NCBI RefSeq assembly: GCF_006345805.1
Contig: NC_042997.1
Span: 62,930,001-62,994,000 of the forward strand
Source: Octopus sinensis
Lineage: Eukaryota
Length of the DNA stretch: 64,000 nt
Reading direction: 5' to 3'
Numbering within the stretch: the first letter of the stretch is position 1; each line of letters opens with the position of its first letter. Positions 1-8,931 of this stretch are shown piece by piece. Made by a program: the position numbers and the translations under genes. The notes beneath the pieces were generated by a model. That model was given only the letters and a program-made list of their open reading frames with translations, was not told where the DNA came from and ran no database searches.

Positions 1-186
1 GGACAAACAAGGAGAGACAAACGGATTAAGTCGATTACATCGACCCCAGTGCTTAACTGGTACTTATTTACATCGACCCCGAAAGGATGAAAGGCAAAGT
101 CGACCTCGGCAGAATTTGAACTCAGAACATAGCGGCAGACGAAATACTGCTAAGCATTTCGCCCGACGTGCTAACGTTTCTGCCAG

Positions 187-189
<3 letters not shown>
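1..189 (-). mobile_element. tRNA-derived SINE, type A (core GAGGTCGACTTTGCCTTTCATCCTTTCGGGGTCGAT), cut by window edge
   Basis: Reverse complement matches the SINE at 7740-7960 (head GAGCTGGCAGAAACGTTAGC, B-box-like GAGTTCAAATTC, same core). Confidence 0.85.
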
Positions 190-249
<60 letters not shown>

Positions 250-251
250 TA

Positions 252-296
<45 letters not shown>

Positions 297-474
297 CATA
301 CATTTGTATATATATATATATATATACATACATACATTGTATATATATATATATATATATATACATACATACATTTGTATATATATATATATATATATAT
401 ATACATACATACATTTGTATATATATATATTATATATATATACATACATACATTTGTATATATATATATATATA
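190..474. repeat. (TA)n microsatellite with 5 interspersed CATACATACATT(T)GT units
   Basis: Seen directly. A sixth unit occurs at 7229-7243, on the far side of the composite insertion. Confidence 0.95.
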
Positions 475-1044
475 TTTATAAAAATATGGTAAAGTAAAAA
501 AATTCACTTTACCACACACCGAACTTTTCAGAAATAGCAGCCAAAAATTTGGCTATTTCCTCAACTGCAAATAAAAGTCTCCAGACAATGCATACTCAGA
601 AAATAACCTACATACCGAATACTGCTTGGTCGAATTTATTAACAATTAATTAATTCTACCCCCTTTTTTGATGACAATATAATGCTTTTCTCTCCAAGAA
701 TTTGAACTACAGGTTTTACCTCTGTAGAAATGCACTACTCTATGACTCACGTGGGTGGACAGGGAGAATAACAGATCTCATTCGTATTTTTGGATTCGCT
801 AGTACTGGGTGTCTGGCATGGTTTGTCCGATAATTAAGTATTGAACTTTCACCACGTGAGTTTTTTCAGTGAAATATTGTTGTTGAATTTGTGTTAAAAC
901 CTGTTTAAATTGTCTTGTTAAAAAATTGTTTGAACTGTTGCTGGTTTTGAACCAGGAAAACTTTGTTTTCCCCTCCTCACGGAGGGGAACTGCTGTACAT
1001 TGAAACACACGAAAAAAAAAAAAACACACACATTCCACGGAAAA

Positions 1045-2703
1045 ATGAACAAAAATACTTGTTCAAAAATGTCAAAAAATGATGACGTAGTAGGTTTGCC
1101 TACACAAAAAAATGTGAAAATTGCTGAAGAAGCTAAAATTGCGGAAGATGTGACTTCCAATGAAGCTGTGAAAACAGCAAAAGGGAATGAAGGTTCGCCG
1201 GTTAAAAAAGCTGTGAAAACGGCTAAAGTCGCGGAAGGGTTGACTTCCAATGAAACTGTGAAAACAGCAAAAGCGAATGAAGGTTCGCCGATTAAAAAAG
1301 CTGTGAAAACGGCTAAAGTCGCGGAAGGGTTGACTTCCAACGAAGCTGAGAAATCAGCAAATGTGTGTGACGCTTCCAAACCAAGTGAAAAAACCAAGAT
1401 GTTTAACTTCGCTGCCGCTGCTGGTAGGAAGACAGAGGAAATAAAGATGGAGGAGGTGGAGTACGAAAAGTTTAAAAAAATGTTTAAAAAAGAGGGAAAT
1501 AACGCGATAGCTGCCCTCCCACAAACAATTAAAGAGGAAACCGAGAAAAGGACGATAATTTATAAATCCTATGTAATGAAAGAGAAGAAAATTGAAAGGA
1601 TAACCAAAGACCAAGCTGAGAAATGCCTTAAACCAGTGTGGAGTGATATGGACTACGTTACGTGGGGGAGAAAGTTTGCAACAATAGAGGTGCACTTCAG
1701 AAATGAAGAAACGGCCCAAAAACACTCCCTAACACCAATAAAGACGGAGGAAATAATATTATTACCCTCGTATTTAGGGAGGAGAACCTCAAAAATCAGA
1801 GTGGAGGACATGCCGCCACAGGTCGATGTGAGGTGGTTGCTTCCAGCACTGTTAATGGGGCTGGAAGAGAAAATAACAGTGATAAACATCAGAAGAGTGA
1901 TAAAGGAAAACTGGAGAGGACAAGCATTGCACGTGGTGGTGCAAGCGACCCCGGAGGCAATGGAGGAAGTTCCAGAAGGAATACAATTCGGGGAAGAAAT
2001 TAACTTGCGGGTGGTGGTGGAGGGGCGAAAGCCACGTTGCTACGGATGTGGCGAGATAGGTCACATCCGTATGGAGTGCCCCACCAGCAAGAAAGAGGAA
2101 GAAAGAAAAAAGACAGAAGAAGAAGCAGAGAAAAAAACGGAAGAAGAAGAAGAGAACGACTTCACAACGGTGAGGCGGAAGAAAACGCCAAAGAGAAAGA
2201 ATGCGGACACAAGCCCAACCAACCCTGGCACAATCAAAAAGAAATCCAACTCCCAGGGGGGAAAACCATCCCCACCCAACCACGGTTCCCCACAAAAAGA
2301 GAAGCCCCCACCCAATCCACCCCCACCCCTCAGTGCCGAGCATTACCCCTCCATTTCAACCCCCTCCTCGTGTTCCTCCCCATCATACTCCCCGGGGTCC
2401 TCCCCATCACCCCCACAAAGCCCACAAAAAAGCAGATTTACAGAAGCCCAAATAGTATATGCGGCAATAGACAAAAATAATGACCGACTTAAAAGTGGAA
2501 TGGGAAATATCCCAAGCGCAGAAAGGGTGAAAACCCACAGAAATCTACAAAAAAATGTAGAAATTTATAAATTGGACTTACGGAACTTTAACATGTTAAA
2601 TGCACAGTTCGCAGGGGACATAAAGGGTCCGCGACTCGAAGTGGACGAGTCACTGATTAATGCGGACTTCCCCGCCACGACCACCAAAGGAAAAACGGAA
2701 TAA
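1045..2703 (+). CDS. Tx1/L1-type ORF1 nucleic-acid-binding protein with CCHC zinc knuckle
   Basis: First ATG at 1045 (the ORF track starts at TTG 1000). Contains CYGCGEIGHIRMEC (CX2CX4HX4C), a basic/acidic region and a Pro/Ser-rich C-terminal part. Confidence 0.88.
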   Translation: MNKNTCSKMSKNDDVVGLPTQKNVKIAEEAKIAEDVTSNEAVKTAKGNEGSPVKKAVKTAKVAEGLTSNETVKTAKANEGSPIKKAVKTAKVAEGLTSNEAEKSANVCDASKPSEKTKMFNFAAAAGRKTEEIKMEEVEYEKFKKMFKKEGNNAIAALPQTIKEETEKRTIIYKSYVMKEKKIERITKDQAEKCLKPVWSDMDYVTWGRKFATIEVHFRNEETAQKHSLTPIKTEEIILLPSYLGRRTSKIRVEDMPPQVDVRWLLPALLMGLEEKITVINIRRVIKENWRGQALHVVVQATPEAMEEVPEGIQFGEEINLRVVVEGRKPRCYGCGEIGHIRMECPTSKKEEERKKTEEEAEKKTEEEEENDFTTVRRKKTPKRKNADTSPTNPGTIKKKSNSQGGKPSPPNHGSPQKEKPPPNPPPPLSAEHYPSISTPSSCSSPSYSPGSSPSPPQSPQKSRFTEAQIVYAAIDKNNDRLKSGMGNIPSAERVKTHRNLQKNVEIYKLDLRNFNMLNAQFAGDIKGPRLEVDESLINADFPATTTKGKTE

Positions 2704-2712
2704 AGGTAAGTA

Positions 2713-5700
2713 ATGTCTCATATTCGTGTAGGGTGTTTGAATGTGCGTGGCCTGATGCAGAGCTGGAAGCAAGGGCGCTTCCTAAATGACATCAGGTCAC
2801 GGGATTTAGATGTTGTCGTTGCCACAGAAACCCGGTTAAAGGGGCCAAGAGATCTGCTCCCGCTGTTCAACGGTTACGAGAGTGTCATCTCTCCGAACCC
2901 GTCGGTCAGCGGAAGCGGGGTGTTGGTCCTGTGTAAAAAGAACCGGGTTTCTGAGAAAAAGTTGATTTTTACGGATCCGGAAGGTAGGCTGGTCGTCATT
3001 GAGTTGACGTTCAGTAGCCGTAAGACAATCAGGCTGGTTGCGGTTTACGCTCCCCCCGGTAAGGGGAAAAGTGATTATTATCGGAACCTGGAGAAGTTTC
3101 TGAGTACATCGTGCCCAGTAGTAATGTTAGGGGACTTCAACACAATCTGCGATGTGCGGGTAGACTGTGAAGGCTCGCGAACAGACAGAAAAGGAAATAC
3201 TTGCTTCCTGGATCTACTAAGACGTTTTGAGCTGGTAGATCCATATAGACTGGAACATCCGGGCGCTCCACTGTGGACGTGGTCAAATAGCGACGGATCG
3301 GTAAAGTCATACATAGACAGGATATTAATTAGGAAGGTAGATAAGAACCTAGTTAAGAGTCCACAACTCCATATAGTCAGCTACAGTGACCACAAGATGG
3401 TCACCTGTAGGCTAGACGTAGATAAGATAACTAGAGGTCCTGGTTACTGGAAACTTAATACGTCCCTTTTGGCGATTAAGGAGTACAGGGACAGGATTAG
3501 GTTAATAATCCAGAGGGCCATGACCGGCTCCATTTGTAACAACAAATGGTGGTATGCCCTTAAGCGAGCCATAAAATATGAGTCCGTTAGATATAGTACT
3601 AATCTTGTAGCTAGAGAGGCTAGAGAGGTAACTACACTAGTTAAGGACTTAGAGGAAGCAATGCGAACTGGCAATGCAGACCAGGTGAAGGTCAAGAGAC
3701 TGGTTCTTAACCAGCACCTCGAAGCCAAACACATGGGTTGCATTGTCAGGGCTAGACAACGTACGATGGGGAGCGAAGGAATCAAGGCTGCAGGATGGGC
3801 CCGAGTGGTGGAAGCCCAACGTGGCAACGATGCTACAATTCGATCTCTGGCGAACCAACAAGGTAAGTTGACAGACGAGCCCGAGGAGATGTGTCAAGCT
3901 TTTCAGGACCACTTCGCCCAGCTTTTCGGGGGGAGCGGCGGACCGGATAGGGGGAGGGACCTTACGGACCTCCTCGACGGGCTGCCGCGCCTCTCGGGGC
4001 AGGATGCGAAGTGTAGTGAGGAGCCGATCACACCTGAGGAGGTAATAGAGGCCATGGCGGACTGCGGTGCGGGTAAGGCGCCGGGACTGGATGGTCTACC
4101 CTACGAGCTTTATAAAAGTATGCCGGACTTGTTCGGGGACTTACTGACGGGCGTCTACGCAAACTGGCAGCAGAATGGGTTTATCCCCAGATCTGTGCGC
4201 CGGGGAGTGGTGACGCTAGTCAGGAAGGACCAGAGCAAGGGGGACGTAATAGATAATTTCAGGCCCATCACTCTGCTTAACGCAGAGTTGAAGATTTTGG
4301 CCAAAGTGTTATCGAACAGATTGGCGCGTGTCGCGAATGGACTGATTGGGAAAGCGCAAACGTGCGCCGTACCGGGCAGAGCCATTCAGGATAATCTCCA
4401 TCTTATTAGATACACGATAGAGGGAATAAATAACGATCCCGGCAAGGGAGGGGCAGTGGTCCATTTAGACCAGTCTAAAGCGTTCGATAGGGTCGACCAT
4501 CACTACCTGGTGTCCGTTCTGGCTCAGTTCGGCCTAGGTCTTGGCTTCCTCAGGTGGATCATCGAAATGTATGACAACGCCGACTCGGTAGTTCAGGTGA
4601 ACGGCTTTCTTTCTAAGCCGTTCAAGGTCAAACGCTCGGTTCGCCAGGGATGTCCGCTCTCCCCGCTTTTGTATGTAGTGGCCCTGGAGCCGCTGCTGCG
4701 AAGACTGAGCGGCATCCCGAGGCAACCAGGACGTGATATGTCGGTTTCGGCGTACGCGGATGACATCACTATCATCGTGACTGAAGTGGACCACCTACGT
4801 AAAGTAGGCAAGGCCATAGAGGTTTACGAGACGGTGACAGGAGCAAAAGTTAATCGTGAAAAGTCGGTCGGCTTGCAACTCGGCACCTGGAGAGGCAAGT
4901 CGATGCCTCCAGACAGCGTCGTGGGACGTTGGACGGAGGGCCCGATTAAGTTGCTCGGGGTTTGGTTCGGTCCGGACCTCCAAATAGAGAAGAACTGGAG
5001 CGAGGTATCGAGCAAGGTGGCTGCAATAGTCAAGATTTGGTCTTGGCGGTGGTTATCCTTGAAAGGTAGGGCGGAGGTGGCCAATGTGTTTATAGCATCG
5101 GTGATCACCTACCGCCTTGCCGTCGTGCCTTGCCCGGATTCGTGGTTGATCAAGTTGGAGAGACAGCTCTTTCGCTTCTTGTGGAAGGGCTCGAAACCGC
5201 TTGTGAGACGCTCTGTCTGCTGTCAAAAACCGTTACAGGGTGGACTAGGGATGCCGTGGCTAATGATGCGCAGAAATGCGCTGAGGCTAAGGCACCTGTG
5301 GCTCCATCTGGGTAGTGAACGGGTGTGGTCTCCGCTGGCGAAACAGATGTTCCCCAGGTTCACCAGTTTCGGTGGCCGGGAGGACTGGTATAATCGCAGA
5401 TCGAAGTTGGGTACGTGGTATACGGAGTGTCGCAAGGCACTCCGACTATTCCGTCGCTCGGGTAATGCCTGCGGCAGTGGTTCTACCGCTGTGTTTTATA
5501 GAGGGTTTGTAGAGGCCGGTAACGATGATACGCTAGGGGAAGCCCTAGGTTTCGACGATAATCAGCTGGCCAGTCTGTTCCAAAGTACATTCGGGCCGAA
5601 GACACTGGATAATTTCCAGAAGTCTTTGGCTTGGCAGTGCTACCGAGGAGCCTTACCTGTTCGGGACAAGCTTGCAAGGCACGGTTGCCAAGTCAGCCCG

Positions 5701-6105
5701 ACCTGTACGAGGTGTGGGCGAGAACGGGAAACCGTCTCGCACGCGATCGTGCAGTGTTCGGGGGTGAAAGATATGTGGGATTGTGCCGAACAACTAATGT
5801 CAGGTGAACGAAGAGTACAGCTATCAGCCGAATCTATTGTAAAAATCAGCCCACCTGATTTCTTAACGAAAGAAGGTAAGTTTTGTTTTCTCGCCGTGGT
5901 TTCAACTGCGAAACAGGTAGTATGGAAGACAAGGATGAAAGGAATGATAACAGGCGACTTCATCTCTGGTTCAAGTCTGGTGGAATATTTTAAATTCCAC
6001 CTGAAAAGACATATAGAACTGGAGAGAAGGAGCCTGAGTAAGAAAGTGTTTGATGAAAGATGGAAAAATGTGGAGAGTAAAAGATCCCTCACAAATGTGA
6101 GATAG
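2713..6105 (+). CDS. Tx1-type ORF2: AP endonuclease, reverse transcriptase, C-terminal CCHC finger (1130 aa)
   Basis: EN motifs CLNVRGL, ATETRL, LGDFN, YIDRILI, YSDH. Linker GPGYWKLNTSLL. RT motifs KAPGLDG, FRPITLLN, LDQSKAFDRVDH, RQGCPLSP, YADD. C-terminal CTRC...H...C. Confidence 0.96.
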   Translation: MSHIRVGCLNVRGLMQSWKQGRFLNDIRSRDLDVVVATETRLKGPRDLLPLFNGYESVISPNPSVSGSGVLVLCKKNRVSEKKLIFTDPEGRLVVIELTFSSRKTIRLVAVYAPPGKGKSDYYRNLEKFLSTSCPVVMLGDFNTICDVRVDCEGSRTDRKGNTCFLDLLRRFELVDPYRLEHPGAPLWTWSNSDGSVKSYIDRILIRKVDKNLVKSPQLHIVSYSDHKMVTCRLDVDKITRGPGYWKLNTSLLAIKEYRDRIRLIIQRAMTGSICNNKWWYALKRAIKYESVRYSTNLVAREAREVTTLVKDLEEAMRTGNADQVKVKRLVLNQHLEAKHMGCIVRARQRTMGSEGIKAAGWARVVEAQRGNDATIRSLANQQGKLTDEPEEMCQAFQDHFAQLFGGSGGPDRGRDLTDLLDGLPRLSGQDAKCSEEPITPEEVIEAMADCGAGKAPGLDGLPYELYKSMPDLFGDLLTGVYANWQQNGFIPRSVRRGVVTLVRKDQSKGDVIDNFRPITLLNAELKILAKVLSNRLARVANGLIGKAQTCAVPGRAIQDNLHLIRYTIEGINNDPGKGGAVVHLDQSKAFDRVDHHYLVSVLAQFGLGLGFLRWIIEMYDNADSVVQVNGFLSKPFKVKRSVRQGCPLSPLLYVVALEPLLRRLSGIPRQPGRDMSVSAYADDITIIVTEVDHLRKVGKAIEVYETVTGAKVNREKSVGLQLGTWRGKSMPPDSVVGRWTEGPIKLLGVWFGPDLQIEKNWSEVSSKVAAIVKIWSWRWLSLKGRAEVANVFIASVITYRLAVVPCPDSWLIKLERQLFRFLWKGSKPLVRRSVCCQKPLQGGLGMPWLMMRRNALRLRHLWLHLGSERVWSPLAKQMFPRFTSFGGREDWYNRRSKLGTWYTECRKALRLFRRSGNACGSGSTAVFYRGFVEAGNDDTLGEALGFDDNQLASLFQSTFGPKTLDNFQKSLAWQCYRGALPVRDKLARHGCQVSPTCTRCGRERETVSHAIVQCSGVKDMWDCAEQLMSGERRVQLSAESIVKISPPDFLTKEGKFCFLAVVSTAKQVVWKTRMKGMITGDFISGSSLVEYFKFHLKRHIELERRSLSKKVFDERWKNVESKRSLTNVR

Positions 6106-6410
6106 GAAGAAAAAGGAAACCACAAGGCTAAGTGTCGTGGCGGGGAGCATGGGGTCGCGGACCCGCCCCACTGCATCTTGTAATTTTGTTAATTGTGTCT
6201 ATTGTGTAATCATTCGATTTATTATTCATTTTCGATTTTTAACCGACCCCAAATGTTCATAATTATTTTTTTCATCATTCGTGATTGTATGTGTACTCTA
6301 TGTCGCCCCTAGTGGGTAATAAAGAAATTGGCATGGTTTGTCCGATGTTACAGATATCGGACGGGTATGTTTGATTCTTAGTATTTTCAAATCTAAATCA
6401 GAAGAAATCT

Positions 6411-6470
6411 CTGAGCTGATGAAGGAAAAGTGGCGTTTTACCCACAAATCCAGAAACAGACTGTCCTCGG
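6411..6470 (+). ncRNA. Type I hammerhead ribozyme motif, copy 1
   Basis: Stem I CTGAG/CTCGG, core CTGATGA, stem II GGA/TCC plus GTGG/CCAC, GAAA, stem III ACAG-A-CTGT, GUC triplet at 6463-6465. Confidence 0.75.
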
Positions 6471-6972
6471 GTATCGTATATGGATGTGATCTTTCACTGT
6501 TTTTCCCTTATACCTATGTGAGTTATTTTCTGAGTATGCATTGTCTGGAGACTTTTATTTGCAGTTGAGGAAATAGCCAAATTTTTGGCTGCTATTTCTG
6601 AAAAGTTCGGTGTGTGGTAAAGTGAATTTTTTTACTTTACCATATTTTTATAAATTAATACTTCAAATATACCGTAAATGGTCTTTACATACCGAATACT
6701 GCTTGGTCGAATTTATTAACAATTAATTAATTCTACCCCCTTTTTTGATGACAATATAATGCTTTTCTCTCCAAGAATTTGAACTACAGGTTTTACCTCT
6801 GTAGAAATGCACTACTCTATGACTCACGTGGGTGGACAGGGAGAATAACAGATCTCATTCGTATTTTTGGATTCGCTAGTACTGGGTGTCTGGCATGGTT
6901 TGTCCGATGTTACAGATATCGGACGGGTATGTTTGATTCTTAGTATTTTCAAATCTAAATCAGAAGAAATCT

Positions 6973-7032
6973 CTGAGCTGATGAAGGAAAAGTGGCGTTT
7001 TACCCACAAATCCAGAAACAGACTGTCCTCGG
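6973..7032 (+). ncRNA. Type I hammerhead ribozyme motif, copy 2
   Basis: Identical to copy 1, 562 nt downstream. GUC at 7025-7027. Confidence 0.75.
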
Positions 7033-7240
7033 GTATCGTATATGGATGTGATCTTTCACTGTTTTTCCCTTATACCTATCTGAGTTATTTTCTGAGTATG
7101 TATTGTCTGGAGACTTTTATTTGCAGTTGAGGAAATAGCCAAATTTTTGGCTGCTATTTCTGAAAAGTTCGGTGTGTGGTAAAGTGAATTTTTTTACTTT
7201 ACCATATTTTTATATATATATATATATACATACATACATT

Positions 7241-7284
<44 letters not shown>

Positions 7285-7432
7285 CACACACACATAAGAA
7301 TAGACATATTAAAAGAGGTCCATGGGAAAACTCATTTATATAATAATAGGATTGGGAACCAATGATGGGAACCATTGGTTTAAATTGTATCCAAAATTAC
7401 ATGTTATAAAATACGCAATAAGAAAAGTGAAA

Positions 7433-7610
7433 GTGCATGGTCTAGTAGTTAGGATGTTGCCCTCCCAATCATGGCTCGTAGTTTCGATTTCCAGGCCTGC
7501 CGTGCGTTTTGTTCTCATCAAAACAATTCATTTCACGTTAGCCCTGTTCACTCAGCTGCATATGAGTAACCTTGCGACAGATCGGTCTACAAAAGTGAGA
7601 TGGTGACTCA
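7433..7610 (+). mobile_element. Degenerate tRNA-headed SINE
   Basis: A-box-like TGGTCTAGTAGTTAGG and B-box-like GTTTCGATTTCC followed by a SINE-like body. Confidence 0.5.
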
Positions 7611-7739
7611 GTAAAATCACTCGAACAGATATCTCGTAAGCCATGTTTTGTATTGAGCGATTGAAAGGATGAATAATACAATCCGTTTTAAATTATATTG
7701 CGCATAGCTGCTTTCGATATTTTATAATTTTCACATTTA

Positions 7740-7960
7740 GGCGGCAGAACCGTAAGCACGCCGGGCAAAATGCGTAACCGTATTTCGTCTGCCGTTACGT
7801 TCTGAGTTCAAATTCCGCCGAGGTCGACTTTGCCTTTCGTCCTTTCGGGGTCGATAAATTAAGTACCAGTTACGCACTGGGGTCGATGTAATCGACTTAA
7901 TTCGTTTGTCTGTCCTTGTTTGTCCCCTCTATGTTTAGCCCCTTGTGGGTAATAAAGAAA
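7740..7960 (+). mobile_element. tRNA-derived SINE type A with Tx1-like 3' tail
   Basis: Head and core as at 1-189. Tail CTCTATGTTTAGCCCCTTGTGGGTAATAAAGAAA. Confidence 0.88.
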
Positions 7961-8830
7961 CAGAAATTTTAACATTAGCATTTTACTGAATCAGCCATGA
8001 ATTAATATGGTATATATATATACTGACAATTAAAACTTAGTCAAACTATCCAGTGATGGAGTAGTCACTACTGATCAGCTTATTATTTTCGAGCCACGCT
8101 AGACTAGCAAAGTGATCAAGCTTCACTGTGGGGCGGTTACCTCACCTGTCAGTATATAGAAATGTGCTTTCTTCAGGCTCTAAGGGTTTTTAATTCTTAT
8201 TTCTAGCGATACAGGTGCTACCCGGCACCCTTAGTCACATTTAGTCACAACTGAATTTTTTCTTTATATATATATATAGTAATAATGTGTTTTTTTAATG
8301 GCACAACAATGTACTATAATAACAACAATGGACTATAATAACTGGTGTAATTTAATCATCCATAGTCTGATATAATATTTCGAAATATAAAATTTCCTTC
8401 TTCAGATATCCATAGGAATTGATCGAGTCACTGCTACAATCAGTTTTCCAATGGCTTTTTTCTTTTTTCACCCTTCTTCCTTCTTCCTGTTTTCCTATTT
8501 TTTCATTGAGGCCGATGAAAGAAATTTGGAAGCTATTCTCATAGACAGACTAGGGCCCCAAATCAACAACAGGCTGGAGCTTGGCAGTCACTATACTCTC
8601 TAGCTACATTGGATGCGTGTAATTTTTTTTATGATATGCTCGTGTATTATTTATAAAAAAAGGGGAAGAGAAAAAAGAGAAAAAGGGAAGGAGGAGGAAA
8701 AGAGGAAACTGCACGTATAATTCATAACTTAGAGGCAACGATACTGATGTGCCAGCCTGAGACATTATTACTGTTTATCATTATTGTTTACAAACAATAC
8801 GCAATGCTTCAAGCAAACTACAATACTCTC

Positions 8831-8931
<101 letters not shown>

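Larger units (their letters stand above)
832..6328 (+). mobile_element. Full-length Tx1-clade (L1 group) non-LTR retrotransposon
   Basis: Two intact ORFs. Perfect 18-bp TSD TGGCATGGTTTGTCCGAT at 814-831 and 6329-6346. 3' end is AATAAAGAAAT. Empty site at 6891-6908. Confidence 0.95.
475..7214 (+). mobile_element. Composite non-autonomous HHR-bearing repeat (PLE pseudo-LTR or retrozyme-like): inverted 140-bp arm, unit 1 (interrupted by Tx1), 31-bp spacer, unit 2
   Basis: 475-614 is the reverse complement of 6515-6654 and of about 7077-7214. 609-831 plus 6347-6654 is repeated at 6686-7214 with about 2 substitutions. Period is 562 bp. Both outer ends abut (TA)n. Confidence 0.85.

Noticed and set aside
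64-497. ORFs rich in YI/HT/VC repeats here and throughout the window
   Set aside because: They are translations of (TA)n, (CA)n and (TACA)n microsatellites, not genes.
780-831. Possibility that the Tx1 target is a U2, 5S or tRNA gene, as for Keno, Mutsu or Dewa
   Set aside because: The flanks show no similarity to those RNAs as I recall them. They match the HHR repeat instead.
1000-1044. TTG-initiated N-terminal extension of ORF1
   Set aside because: It runs through an A13 tract and uses a non-ATG start. The ATG at 1045 is more plausible.
918-6176. Antisense and alternate-frame ORFs overlapping the Tx1 ORFs
   Set aside because: Shadow ORFs of GC-richer coding sequence with no recognisable motifs.
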